Source: a virus
Lineage: Duplodnaviria; Heunggongvirae; Uroviricota; Caudoviricetes
DNA length: 23,459 nucleotides
Direction: 5' to 3' (one strand)
Virus record (IMG/VR): IMGVR_UViG_3300035180_000678
Position 1 is the stretch's first letter. Every line of letters begins with the position of its first letter. The notes below the pieces were generated by a model that was not told the DNA's origin, did no database searches, and saw only the letters and a program-made list of their open reading frames with translations. Below are positions 15,894 through 22,129 of the stretch, piece after piece. The position numbers and the translations under genes are program-made.

Positions 15894-15923
15894 ACTATAA
15901 CAGACCCTTTGACGTTTTGTAAA
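15894..15923 (-). promoter_or_regulatory. sigma70 promoter
   Basis: TTTACA-18-TATAGT. Confidence 0.65.
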
Positions 15924-15942
15924 GCCCCTCCGGGCTTTAGGG

Positions 15943-16152
15943 TCATTCGAGCGGCAAAGCTTGCATGATGCTTTCGAGACGGCGGAGGACATCGCCCGTA
16001 GCGATCCAGTCTTTCCGCGTCCCGTCAACGTCGAGCCCTTGAAACTTCGCGGACAAGAGATGCAAACGGAATTCTTCGATTTCGATTCGGGCCGCGCGAA
16101 TCACGTTTTGCTTGTCGGCGTTTTCTTGCTGGAGACGGGTAATGTAGTTCAT
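15943..16152 (-). CDS. hypothetical protein, 69 aa (LLSAKFQG.DVDG.RKDWI.T.DV)
   Basis: GGAG SD; own promoter. Confidence 0.75.
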   Translation of the reverse strand: MNYITRLQQENADKQNVIRAARIEIEEFRLHLLSAKFQGLDVDGTRKDWIATGDVLRRLESIMQALPLE

Positions 16153-16187
16153 TGCGAGGGCTCCGGGCCGTGGGTGGAATGGTTCCC

Positions 16188-16215
16188 ATTGTGGCGGGCT
16201 TTCGGAGCATGTCAA
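16188..16215 (-). promoter_or_regulatory. sigma70 promoter, near-identical to the one at 23161
   Basis: TTGACA-16-CACAAT. Confidence 0.75.
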
Positions 16216-16259
16216 GCGGAAACAGCAAAGCCCCCACAGATTGCAGGGGCTTTCCGCTT
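16214..16259. terminator. hairpin/terminator
   Basis: AAGCGGAAA/TTTCCGCTT outer arms and AAAGCCCC/GGGGCTTT inner arms. Confidence 0.55.
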
Positions 16260-16398
16260 AAAGCATCGCGGATCGCTTGTCCGTTCGGGTCCACGGGCGG
16301 CGTTTGCTTGCCGATTCGTGGCGGGCCTGTCGGGCTTCGCGGGTTTCGTGGGTGTTGCGGGTCTTGTTCGTCTTTGCGTAGGTTTTCGAGTGTTGCAC
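16258..16398 (-). CDS. basic peptide, 46 aa (MQHSKTYAKTNKTR...RTDKRSAML)
   Basis: GGAAA SD-like sequence plus GTG; fills an otherwise empty gap; not in the ORF track. Confidence 0.45.
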   Translation of the reverse strand: MQHSKTYAKTNKTRNTHETREARQARHESASKRRPWTRTDKRSAML

Positions 16399-16509
16399 GG
16401 TTTTCCGTTTCGGCGTCTTCAGTTTGATTTATAGCCCCGTAGGGCATTCGGCGATGTCTGGCAGTGTCCTACCCTTCCCGGGTAGGTTTTGAAGGCGTGG
16501 AGGGCTGTT

Positions 16510-16659
16510 CTATACGGTCCCCTCCGTGTTCCTATAGAAGCGTTCCGCCCAGTCTCTGCAATTCGCACGGCGGAGGCTTGAAAACATGATGTTGCCGTCT
16601 CGATTGATGACCCGCCACAGAGAGCCATCGCGTTTGATGCTGTAGGGTTGTCCCGTCAT
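16510..16659 (-). CDS. hypothetical protein, 49 aa
   Basis: ATG 16659 just after the upstream stop. Confidence 0.6.
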   Translation of the reverse strand: MTGQPYSIKRDGSLWRVINRDGNIMFSSLRRANCRDWAERFYRNTEGTV

Positions 16660-16663
16660 CGTA

Positions 16664-17347
16664 TCACGTCCCGAGAGAATGCACGGGATACGTGCGGCGG
16701 GCTTCGTCGGCCAAAGCCTCCCGGCACAATTCCGCGATGACTTCCGCGAAGTAATCCCCCGCGTCCGATTCGATACCCCACAGGGCATAGGCGAAAGTCT
16801 CTTCGGGTTCCTCCGCGAATTCGTCCGGGTCTTCCGGGGGAGTCACGAGGGACACGGACACTCCGCAGTAATGCCAGCCATCGTTACACCAGTCACGGAG
16901 GCGGGCGAAGTCTGCCCGGACAGCACGGGCCGCAATCTCCCTTTGCGTCATGCCCAGCCATTCCCCGAGGGGATCGCGACACGCGAGGGCCGCGCGGCGG
17001 TTGATTCGGCCCCCGCCCGTGAATCCCCATGCAGTCTGTTGGGCGATGGCCCGGGCTTCCGCTTCCCTCATGTATGCGGACGGCGGTTCATACGGGGCAT
17101 CGGGAGGGCATCCCCAGCCATCGCGCAGCGCGATTCGCTGGGCCTCTTGCGCATCGTAGAATCGACGCGATCCCCGGTCCTCGTTGATGATCCATTCCCC
17201 GGGCCGCTTGTCGCGGCGTTCCCAGCCCGTGACGGGTCCGTGTCCGTCCTCCCGTTCCCACGGGGCATCGTGGGAATCATCGTAATAGAACCGGGCGACG
17301 AATTCGCGTCCGTCATGCGTCACTTTGCGGGAATCGTAGGCTTGCAT
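16664..17347 (-). CDS. hypothetical protein, 227 aa (PWEREDGHGPV..W...KRPGE...RFYD...DGWG)
   Basis: Long protein-like ORF with a promoter element upstream. Confidence 0.85.
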   Translation of the reverse strand: MQAYDSRKVTHDGREFVARFYYDDSHDAPWEREDGHGPVTGWERRDKRPGEWIINEDRGSRRFYDAQEAQRIALRDGWGCPPDAPYEPPSAYMREAEARAIAQQTAWGFTGGGRINRRAALACRDPLGEWLGMTQREIAARAVRADFARLRDWCNDGWHYCGVSVSLVTPPEDPDEFAEEPEETFAYALWGIESDAGDYFAEVIAELCREALADEARRTYPVHSLGT

Positions 17348-17380
17348 TTTGTTTGCCTGAAGTGTTGCGGGATGCTTTGC

Positions 17381-17425
17381 ATTCTGCCCGGAACCGTAGT
17401 TCCGGGCTACTAGGGGAAACCCTTA
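17381..17425 (-). promoter_or_regulatory. -10 element plus palindromic operator
   Basis: CAGAAT 17386-17381; TAGGGGAAACCCTTA 17411-17425; intervening GCCCGGAAC/GTTCCGGGC inverted repeat; 20-bp identity with 15632-15651. Confidence 0.65.
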
Positions 17426-17953
17426 GCGGTAGAGGTATGAGGTCCCGTTGATATCCGTTTCGCTGTAATCGTGGCGGAGTTCCCGGGCCGCTTCCTCCCA
17501 GTCGATGCAGGTACAGGGCCACGCGGCATCCCCGGGAATCGCGCCGATGTCCTCCGCGAATTGCTGCGCGTAGTCCGTGAAATGGGTTTCGCGAATGAGG
17601 TAGCCCGGGAACCAATCGCCCTCGAATTGATGATCCCCGCCATCCCCTCGGAGTTCGTCCACGATGCCCGACAGGGTGTCGAATTCTTCGCGGTTCTCTT
17701 CCTCCCATTCGTCGAGAGCTTCCCGGGCCGCTTCCGCGTCGGATTCCGCGTCCGTAACTGCCGATTGTGCGGCGTCCGTCTCCGCGTCGGGCTCTTCGCC
17801 CGTCAGGTCATCCCGGGCGAGCTTCGCGTTTTCGAGGGCTTCCGCCGCGTCCGTGATATCGGATTCGAGGTCCGCCCGCTCGTCGCGGAGTTCCGCGAAA
17901 CGCTCCGTGATGTCGGAAACGTTGATGATGTCGTCGGAAAGGTCGAGGTTCAT
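17423..17953 (-). CDS. highly acidic ArdA-like antirestriction (DNA-mimic) protein, 176 aa
   Basis: About 52 D/E versus about 12 K/R (hand count); C-terminal DYAQQFAEDIG.IP......CIDWEEAARELRHDY resembles the ArdA C-terminal YIDYE.Y.RDL pattern. Confidence 0.65.
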   Translation of the reverse strand: MNLDLSDDIINVSDITERFAELRDERADLESDITDAAEALENAKLARDDLTGEEPDAETDAAQSAVTDAESDAEAAREALDEWEEENREEFDTLSGIVDELRGDGGDHQFEGDWFPGYLIRETHFTDYAQQFAEDIGAIPGDAAWPCTCIDWEEAARELRHDYSETDINGTSYLYR

Positions 17954-17988
17954 AGGTTCACCCGTTCGGGTTTGTTGACAGTGAAGGA

Positions 17989-18017
17989 ATTCTAAGCTAT
18001 CGGCAGGGGCCACGCAA
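17989..18017 (-). promoter_or_regulatory. sigma70 promoter
   Basis: TTGCGT-17-TAGAAT. Confidence 0.75.
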
Positions 18018-18074
18018 GCCCCTAGCGAAAGCCCCTTCGGGCTTGTCGGGAATCCCTAAAGGGACGTCCTCGGG

Positions 18075-18557
18075 TCAATAGTCCGCGAGCATGTCCGCGA
18101 GGGCTTGCCGTTCCTCCGCAGTGAAAAACGCCCGGAGTTCCGCGCCGATGTCGCAACATTCCCGATAGGTGTCGAGCGCGCGAATGGAATCGGGGTTATC
18201 CCCCATTTCGTCGCACCAGTCACGGAAAGACATATCCACCGCTTGCCCGTCGAGAATGAGGGAATGCAGGACGGATGCCGCGTCCGGGGCTTGAGGCTTC
18301 GCGGGCGTGAATTTCGTTCCGGGCTTGCGAAGCCCCGTACCCGTGAAGAAAGGGCGGGCGATGTCCGGGCAACCCTTGCGGGCGGGCTTCGCATACGTCC
18401 CGATTCGACGGAACACGGGGCGCCATTCGTCGCATTCCCAGCCCTTCCCGCCATCCGGGCGGACCGTCGGGCCGACGAGGGTAACGGAATACGTGATCCC
18501 GGCAGCCGTCAGAAATTCGGCGACTTGTTCGGGAATGGTGGCGCGTTCGATGGTCAT
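18075..18557 (-). CDS. hypothetical protein, 160 aa (SFRDWCDEMG.NPDSIRAL.TY..C)
   Basis: Long protein-like ORF under a consensus promoter. Confidence 0.85.
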   Translation of the reverse strand: MTIERATIPEQVAEFLTAAGITYSVTLVGPTVRPDGGKGWECDEWRPVFRRIGTYAKPARKGCPDIARPFFTGTGLRKPGTKFTPAKPQAPDAASVLHSLILDGQAVDMSFRDWCDEMGDNPDSIRALDTYRECCDIGAELRAFFTAEERQALADMLADY

Positions 18558-18591
18558 TTGTCTACCCGTGGGTTTGTGTTGCGATGTCTAG

Positions 18592-18620
18592 ACTGTAGGG
18601 CATTGATGTTTTGTTGTCAA
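18592..18620 (-). promoter_or_regulatory. sigma70 promoter
   Basis: TTGACA-17-TACAGT; downstream 25 bp nearly identical to 13501-13525. Confidence 0.85.
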
Positions 18621-18639
18621 GCCCCTTTGATCCATGGGG

Positions 18640-18891
18640 TTATTCGTCTTCCCGCTTGAAGTAGAACGATTCACCGGACCAGATGTGAACCGGGTTCGCG
18701 GGGTCCGGGCGGAATTCGACGCGGATATCCCCGGAACAATTCGGAATCCATCCGTCCGGGTCCGCGATTTCCACCCCGTAGGCGTCCGCGATTTCGTCCG
18801 CAAACGTCCGTTCATTCATGATTTCATCGGGGGCGAGTTCCCGCGAAAGGTACTCTTCCCCGGTTTCCGGGCTGTAAACGATGACGTGCAT
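18640..18891 (-). CDS. acidic hypothetical protein, 83 aa
   Basis: GGAG SD; own promoter. Confidence 0.75.
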   Translation of the reverse strand: MHVIVYSPETGEEYLSRELAPDEIMNERTFADEIADAYGVEIADPDGWIPNCSGDIRVEFRPDPANPVHIWSGESFYFKREDE

Positions 18892-18920
18892 TTGTCGGGC
18901 TCCGTTAGTTGAGGGTTCCC

Positions 18921-18949
18921 ATTGTGCGGACCCTTTTAGGTTTTGTCAA
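18921..18949 (-). promoter_or_regulatory. sigma70 promoter
   Basis: TTGACA-17-CACAAT; palindrome AGGGGAAGCCCTTA upstream at 18956-18969. Confidence 0.8.
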
Positions 18950-18981
18950 CCCTTCAGGGGAAGCCCTTACGGGCTAGAGGG

Positions 18982-19215
18982 TTATTCCCTCGTCAGGTCG
19001 CCCGTTTCCGGGTCTTGCACGTATTCTGCGGCGGGCTTGTCCGTATACAGGGGATCGGCGGAGGTGTACAGCGTCACGCGTTCCGGGGCGTCCTCGTTCC
19101 CTTCGATGGTGAACGATTGAAAGGGCGGAGCGTCCGGGAACGAACGGAGGGCCGTATCCCGGAGCCATTCGCAATCTTCCGGGGCGTTCAGGAATTGAGG
19201 GGCGCGGGCCATCAT
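18982..19215 (-). CDS. hypothetical protein, 77 aa (EDCEWL...GNEDAP)
   Basis: ATGA overlap with the upstream gene. Confidence 0.75.
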   Translation of the reverse strand: MMARAPQFLNAPEDCEWLRDTALRSFPDAPPFQSFTIEGNEDAPERVTLYTSADPLYTDKPAAEYVQDPETGDLTRE

Positions 19216-19529
19216 TCGCCCCCTTCCTCGTCCGTGTCGTCTCCGTACATTTCCGCCAGATACGCGAGGGCTTCCGCTTCCGTGTTGTGCGCGGTCCAGT
19301 CCGTGCAATCGAGGTAGCCCGGGGCGGACATGCGCGCGAGCCATCCCGATTCCGTGGGGATGATTTCTTGCGGGTCGTCCGGAGTCCCTTCTAAATAGTC
19401 CGCCAGAATCGAAGCCTCCACGCCTCCGACACGGAGGGACAGCACGTCAGCGGGGACCGTCTCCGTACCGGCCGACGTGTTCACGCGGAAGAATTCGCCT
19501 TGATAAACTTGCGGTTGCATGAAAGACAT
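19212..19529 (-). CDS. acidic hypothetical protein, 105 aa (GWLARMSAPGYLDCTDW)
   Basis: Protein-like ORF under a consensus promoter. Confidence 0.8.
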   Translation of the reverse strand: MSFMQPQVYQGEFFRVNTSAGTETVPADVLSLRVGGVEASILADYLEGTPDDPQEIIPTESGWLARMSAPGYLDCTDWTAHNTEAEALAYLAEMYGDDTDEEGGE

Positions 19530-19602
19530 TTCGGTTTCTCATTCGTGAGAATCGGCGGGCTTGCCGATGGTTCCCGGAGGGCGTCCGGAGCGCATGACTG
19601 CG

Positions 19603-19631
19603 AGTGTAGGCGATGAGGGAGCGTAACGCAA
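19603..19631 (-). promoter_or_regulatory. sigma70 promoter
   Basis: TTGCGT-17-TACACT. Confidence 0.7.
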
Positions 19632-19653
19632 GCCCCTTAGATTTGTAGGGGCT

Positions 19654-20109
19654 TCAGGCCGTCACGCGCTCCCTCTCCCTCCGTTGCATGGAAGGATGCC
19701 GGGAGGTCCGCCCGATGCGGTCAACATGCCCGGGGGAGGGCTTGAAGGGCTCCCGGGGGCGTTCCTGTTGCCTGTTGCCATTCACAGGCGGGCGGATGAC
19801 TTCGCGGGGCTGTCGGTCCGTGTCACGCTCCGGGGCTTCGATATCGAAACGAATCCGGGCCATGACTTCCCCGAGGATGTCCGCACGGACGCGGGGCGAA
19901 GGGTGCCAGTCTGCCACGCGAACGAAGGACGGACGGGCCGGGATGCCCGGGCGGATGACGAGCCATCGCAAGCCCTCCGGAGTCATGCGGCGGAGGGGGC
20001 GGGACGGGATGCCCAACGCATCCGCACGAGTCCGGGCGTCCGCATAGTCTGTGAAGGGCTCCGCCACGAGGGAAGAGGGGGCGGGCGATGTCTTGCGGTA
20101 TGTCGTCAT
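19654..20109 (-). CDS. Arg/Pro-rich hypothetical protein, 151 aa
   Basis: AAGG SD; first gene of the cassette under its own promoter; low complexity lowers confidence. Confidence 0.55.
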   Translation of the reverse strand: MTTYRKTSPAPSSLVAEPFTDYADARTRADALGIPSRPLRRMTPEGLRWLVIRPGIPARPSFVRVADWHPSPRVRADILGEVMARIRFDIEAPERDTDRQPREVIRPPVNGNRQQERPREPFKPSPGHVDRIGRTSRHPSMQRRERERVTA

Positions 20110-20154
20110 GGTCTGCCTTCATAGTGGGCGGGATGCCCGGTTTTGAAGGTTTGC

Positions 20155-20183
20155 ACTATGCACGACACGGGCGGGCGTGACAA
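20155..20183 (-). promoter_or_regulatory. sigma70 promoter
   Basis: TTGTCA-17-CATAGT. Confidence 0.65.
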
Positions 20184-20284
20184 GTCAGAATCTAGGGGGA
20201 ATTGATGGTAGGACAATTCTTACACGGCAGAGCAGAAACTGCAAGTAACGCGATGTAATGCCCTTCGGGTTTGTCGGGTATTGC

Positions 20285-20315
20285 TTGACGGGCGAAGCGG
20301 AGGCGGCGGTATAAT
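20285..20315 (+). promoter_or_regulatory. sigma70 promoter facing away from the cassette
   Basis: TTGACG-19-TATAAT with no downstream ORF. Confidence 0.6.
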
Positions 20316-20321
20316 AGGGGC

Positions 20322-20371
20322 GCAGCATCGGAAGAGAGGCCGTCCCCCGGGTGCATAATCCAACCCTGCGC
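20322..20371 (+). ncRNA. putative ~48-nt small RNA, copy A
   Basis: GCAGCATCGGAAGAGAGGCCGTCCCCCGGGTGCATAATCCAACCCTGCGC; promoter upstream; paralog at 12138-12183 on the minus strand. Confidence 0.45.
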
Positions 20372-20524
20372 GTCTCCCGGACACTAAGGGTTCACCCTTA
20401 CGGGTTTGTCCCGATGACAGCCCCGGAATACCCGCTAGAATCCGCTCCCATACGGTCAAACGACCGTAGGGCCGTTAGCGCCCGTCGTTCTTTATCATAG
20501 GGTTATCCCCTAGGTCCGTCGCGA

Positions 20525-20643
20525 GACGCCCGTCGATAGCCTGAGGCTAACGGACACCCGTCCATGATAGCCGACAGCCGTCTCATAGGCTCCGCCTATT
20601 GGACACTGTCTCTGATAGCCGCTCCCTATCAGACACCTGTCTG
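20525..20643 (+). repeat. degenerate tandem repeats GAC(A/G)C-N1/2-GTC-N-ATAG
   Basis: Units start at 20525, 20553, 20573, 20602 and 20632; GATAGCC occurs three times. Confidence 0.6.
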
Positions 20644-20886
20644 TTGTTTTCGCGCAACAGGCGGGTGATCGCCCGGGGGCGAGGTGGGGGAGGGGAAGCG
20701 AAGCTCATATTAGGGGAATTGGCCCCTTCCGCTAGGAAATCCCAAATCCGAAAAATCCAATTCTGAGCCAGCCCGGGAGGGCTGCCGATCTGTGGTACAG
20801 TTCACAGAATCGATGACAGCTTCCTTGTTTCTACTCTCATGCCTCTACTTGGCAATCCTCCGAGAAAGGGCCAGACGGCCCCTCCT

Positions 20887-21054
20887 TCAGCACAGAACCG
20901 ACTTGCCATCCCTCAGGCACCTGAACGCATGGCGCAGTCCGAACACGCAGCCCGTCAGCACAACCACAGTCACTGCCAGAGCCACAATGACCAGCATGGT
21001 AGTGACTGCGCCCGCAGCAACCATCTCGAAGAAAGCGGAAGTTTCTGCGTTCAT
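20887..21054 (-). CDS. small membrane protein, 55 aa
   Basis: ATG 21054 just after the dUTPase stop; long hydrophobic stretch; not in the ORF track. Confidence 0.6.
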   Translation of the reverse strand: MNAETSAFFEMVAAGAVTTMLVIVALAVTVVVLTGCVFGLRHAFRCLRDGKSVLC

Positions 21055-21057
21055 GTT

Positions 21058-21507
21058 TCAGACCCCCGTACTGCCGAAGCCGTTCTCGCCACGCGCCGAC
21101 TTGACAGCGAAGTCCTCCACTTGCTCGAAGTCCACCTTCACGACGGGGAGGAACACCATCTGAGCGATGCGGTCCATCGGCTCGATGAAGCGGGTCTGGT
21201 TGGAACGATTCCACAGGGGGATGAAGATGGGGCCTTGGTAGTCGGAATCGATGAGGCCCGTGCCGTGGGCGAGCACCAGCCCTTGCTTGGTTCCCAGCCC
21301 GGAGCGAGGCAGGATCATGGCGCAGAGGTCATCCCGCCCCATGTCGAGAGCGAATCCGGCAGGCACCATCTCGACGCCACCCGGGCCGATGCCGATGGTG
21401 TCGGGGAGACAGGCGCACAGATCGAGCGCCGCCGATCCTTTCGTCGCGTAGCTGGGCATGTTGCCGTGAAGACGATCATCCAGCAGCTTAATTTGGACAG
21501 TGGTTAT
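21058..21507 (-). CDS. dut: trimeric dUTPase
   Basis: Motifs GSAALDL, PRSGLG, GLIDSDYQG, DRIAQMVF, RGENGFGSTG; SD AAGGAGA precedes an in-frame ATA at 21507. Confidence 0.92.
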   Translation of the reverse strand: MTTVQIKLLDDRLHGNMPSYATKGSAALDLCACLPDTIGIGPGGVEMVPAGFALDMGRDDLCAMILPRSGLGTKQGLVLAHGTGLIDSDYQGPIFIPLWNRSNQTRFIEPMDRIAQMVFLPVVKVDFEQVEDFAVKSARGENGFGSTGV

Positions 21508-21616
21508 GTTGGTTCTCCTTGGAAGTGGTTGGAAGAGTTGACGTGTGGCATTGACAGCGCGATCCAAAATCCTTGGAACAAAGTCCAAAAATCCTGAAAT
21601 CGATATTCCAAATACC

Positions 21617-21639
21617 AAAACCCTCCTGAAAAGGAGGGT
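21617..21639 (-). terminator. intrinsic terminator
   Basis: Minus strand: ACCCTCC-TTTTCA-GGAGGGT-TTT. Confidence 0.6.
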
Positions 21640-21660
21640 GACCATCCTTCAGGCGGGAGC

Positions 21661-21942
21661 CTACTGGATGGAGCCGGTGGTCACGTCCATGAATTGAGCG
21701 AGGGTCAGGCCCTTGCCTTCGGCTGCCATCAGCCGCGTGTGCAGCATGTCGGCATCTCGGGCGTATTGTCGGTTGTCTTTCGACAGTTCGTCAAGCTGGG
21801 ATTCCAGCCTCTTGTTGTTCGTCAGGGATTCCGCGAGGGAGTCCCACAGAGCGATGATGCAATCGTCACGTTGATCGTGCTTCGCCTTCCTCTTACGAGC
21901 CTGTGCTTGTTGGTAGACGGCGTAAAGCTGGGACTGGTTCAA
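21661..21942 (-). CDS. coiled-coil-like hypothetical protein, 93 aa
   Basis: AAGGAG SD before TTG start. Confidence 0.7.
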   Translation of the reverse strand: MNQSQLYAVYQQAQARKRKAKHDQRDDCIIALWDSLAESLTNNKRLESQLDELSKDNRQYARDADMLHTRLMAAEGKGLTLAQFMDVTTGSIQ

Positions 21943-22129
21943 GAGGGAACTCCTTCCGGGTTGTTGCTGTCACCGTAACGATGTGTACGGAATGGCTGAA
22001 CTGTAACCCACAGTCGAGCAAACTGTGCGTGAACTTTGTCACATACAACACTTAGGGCAAATACCTATACCCGTGTACGCACCATGTGTAACAATGTTCG
22101 TTTCGTCACATAGCTACAAGGAGAGACGT

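Noticed and set aside
11286-20124. Many + strand ORFs over the cassette (e.g. 17471-17995, 18105-18659, 16679-17413)
   Set aside because: They are antisense to genes with clear promoters and SD sites, and are expected in GC-rich DNA
20322-20371. tRNA or known riboswitch
   Set aside because: Too short for a cloverleaf, no TTCRA T-loop or CCA end, and no recognisable aptamer consensus or downstream gene; kept only as an unknown ncRNA candidate
11200-20500. Restriction-site avoidance in the putative first-injected region
   Set aside because: GAATTC, GATC and GGCC sites are plainly present; any subtler depletion needs a k-mer computation I could not run
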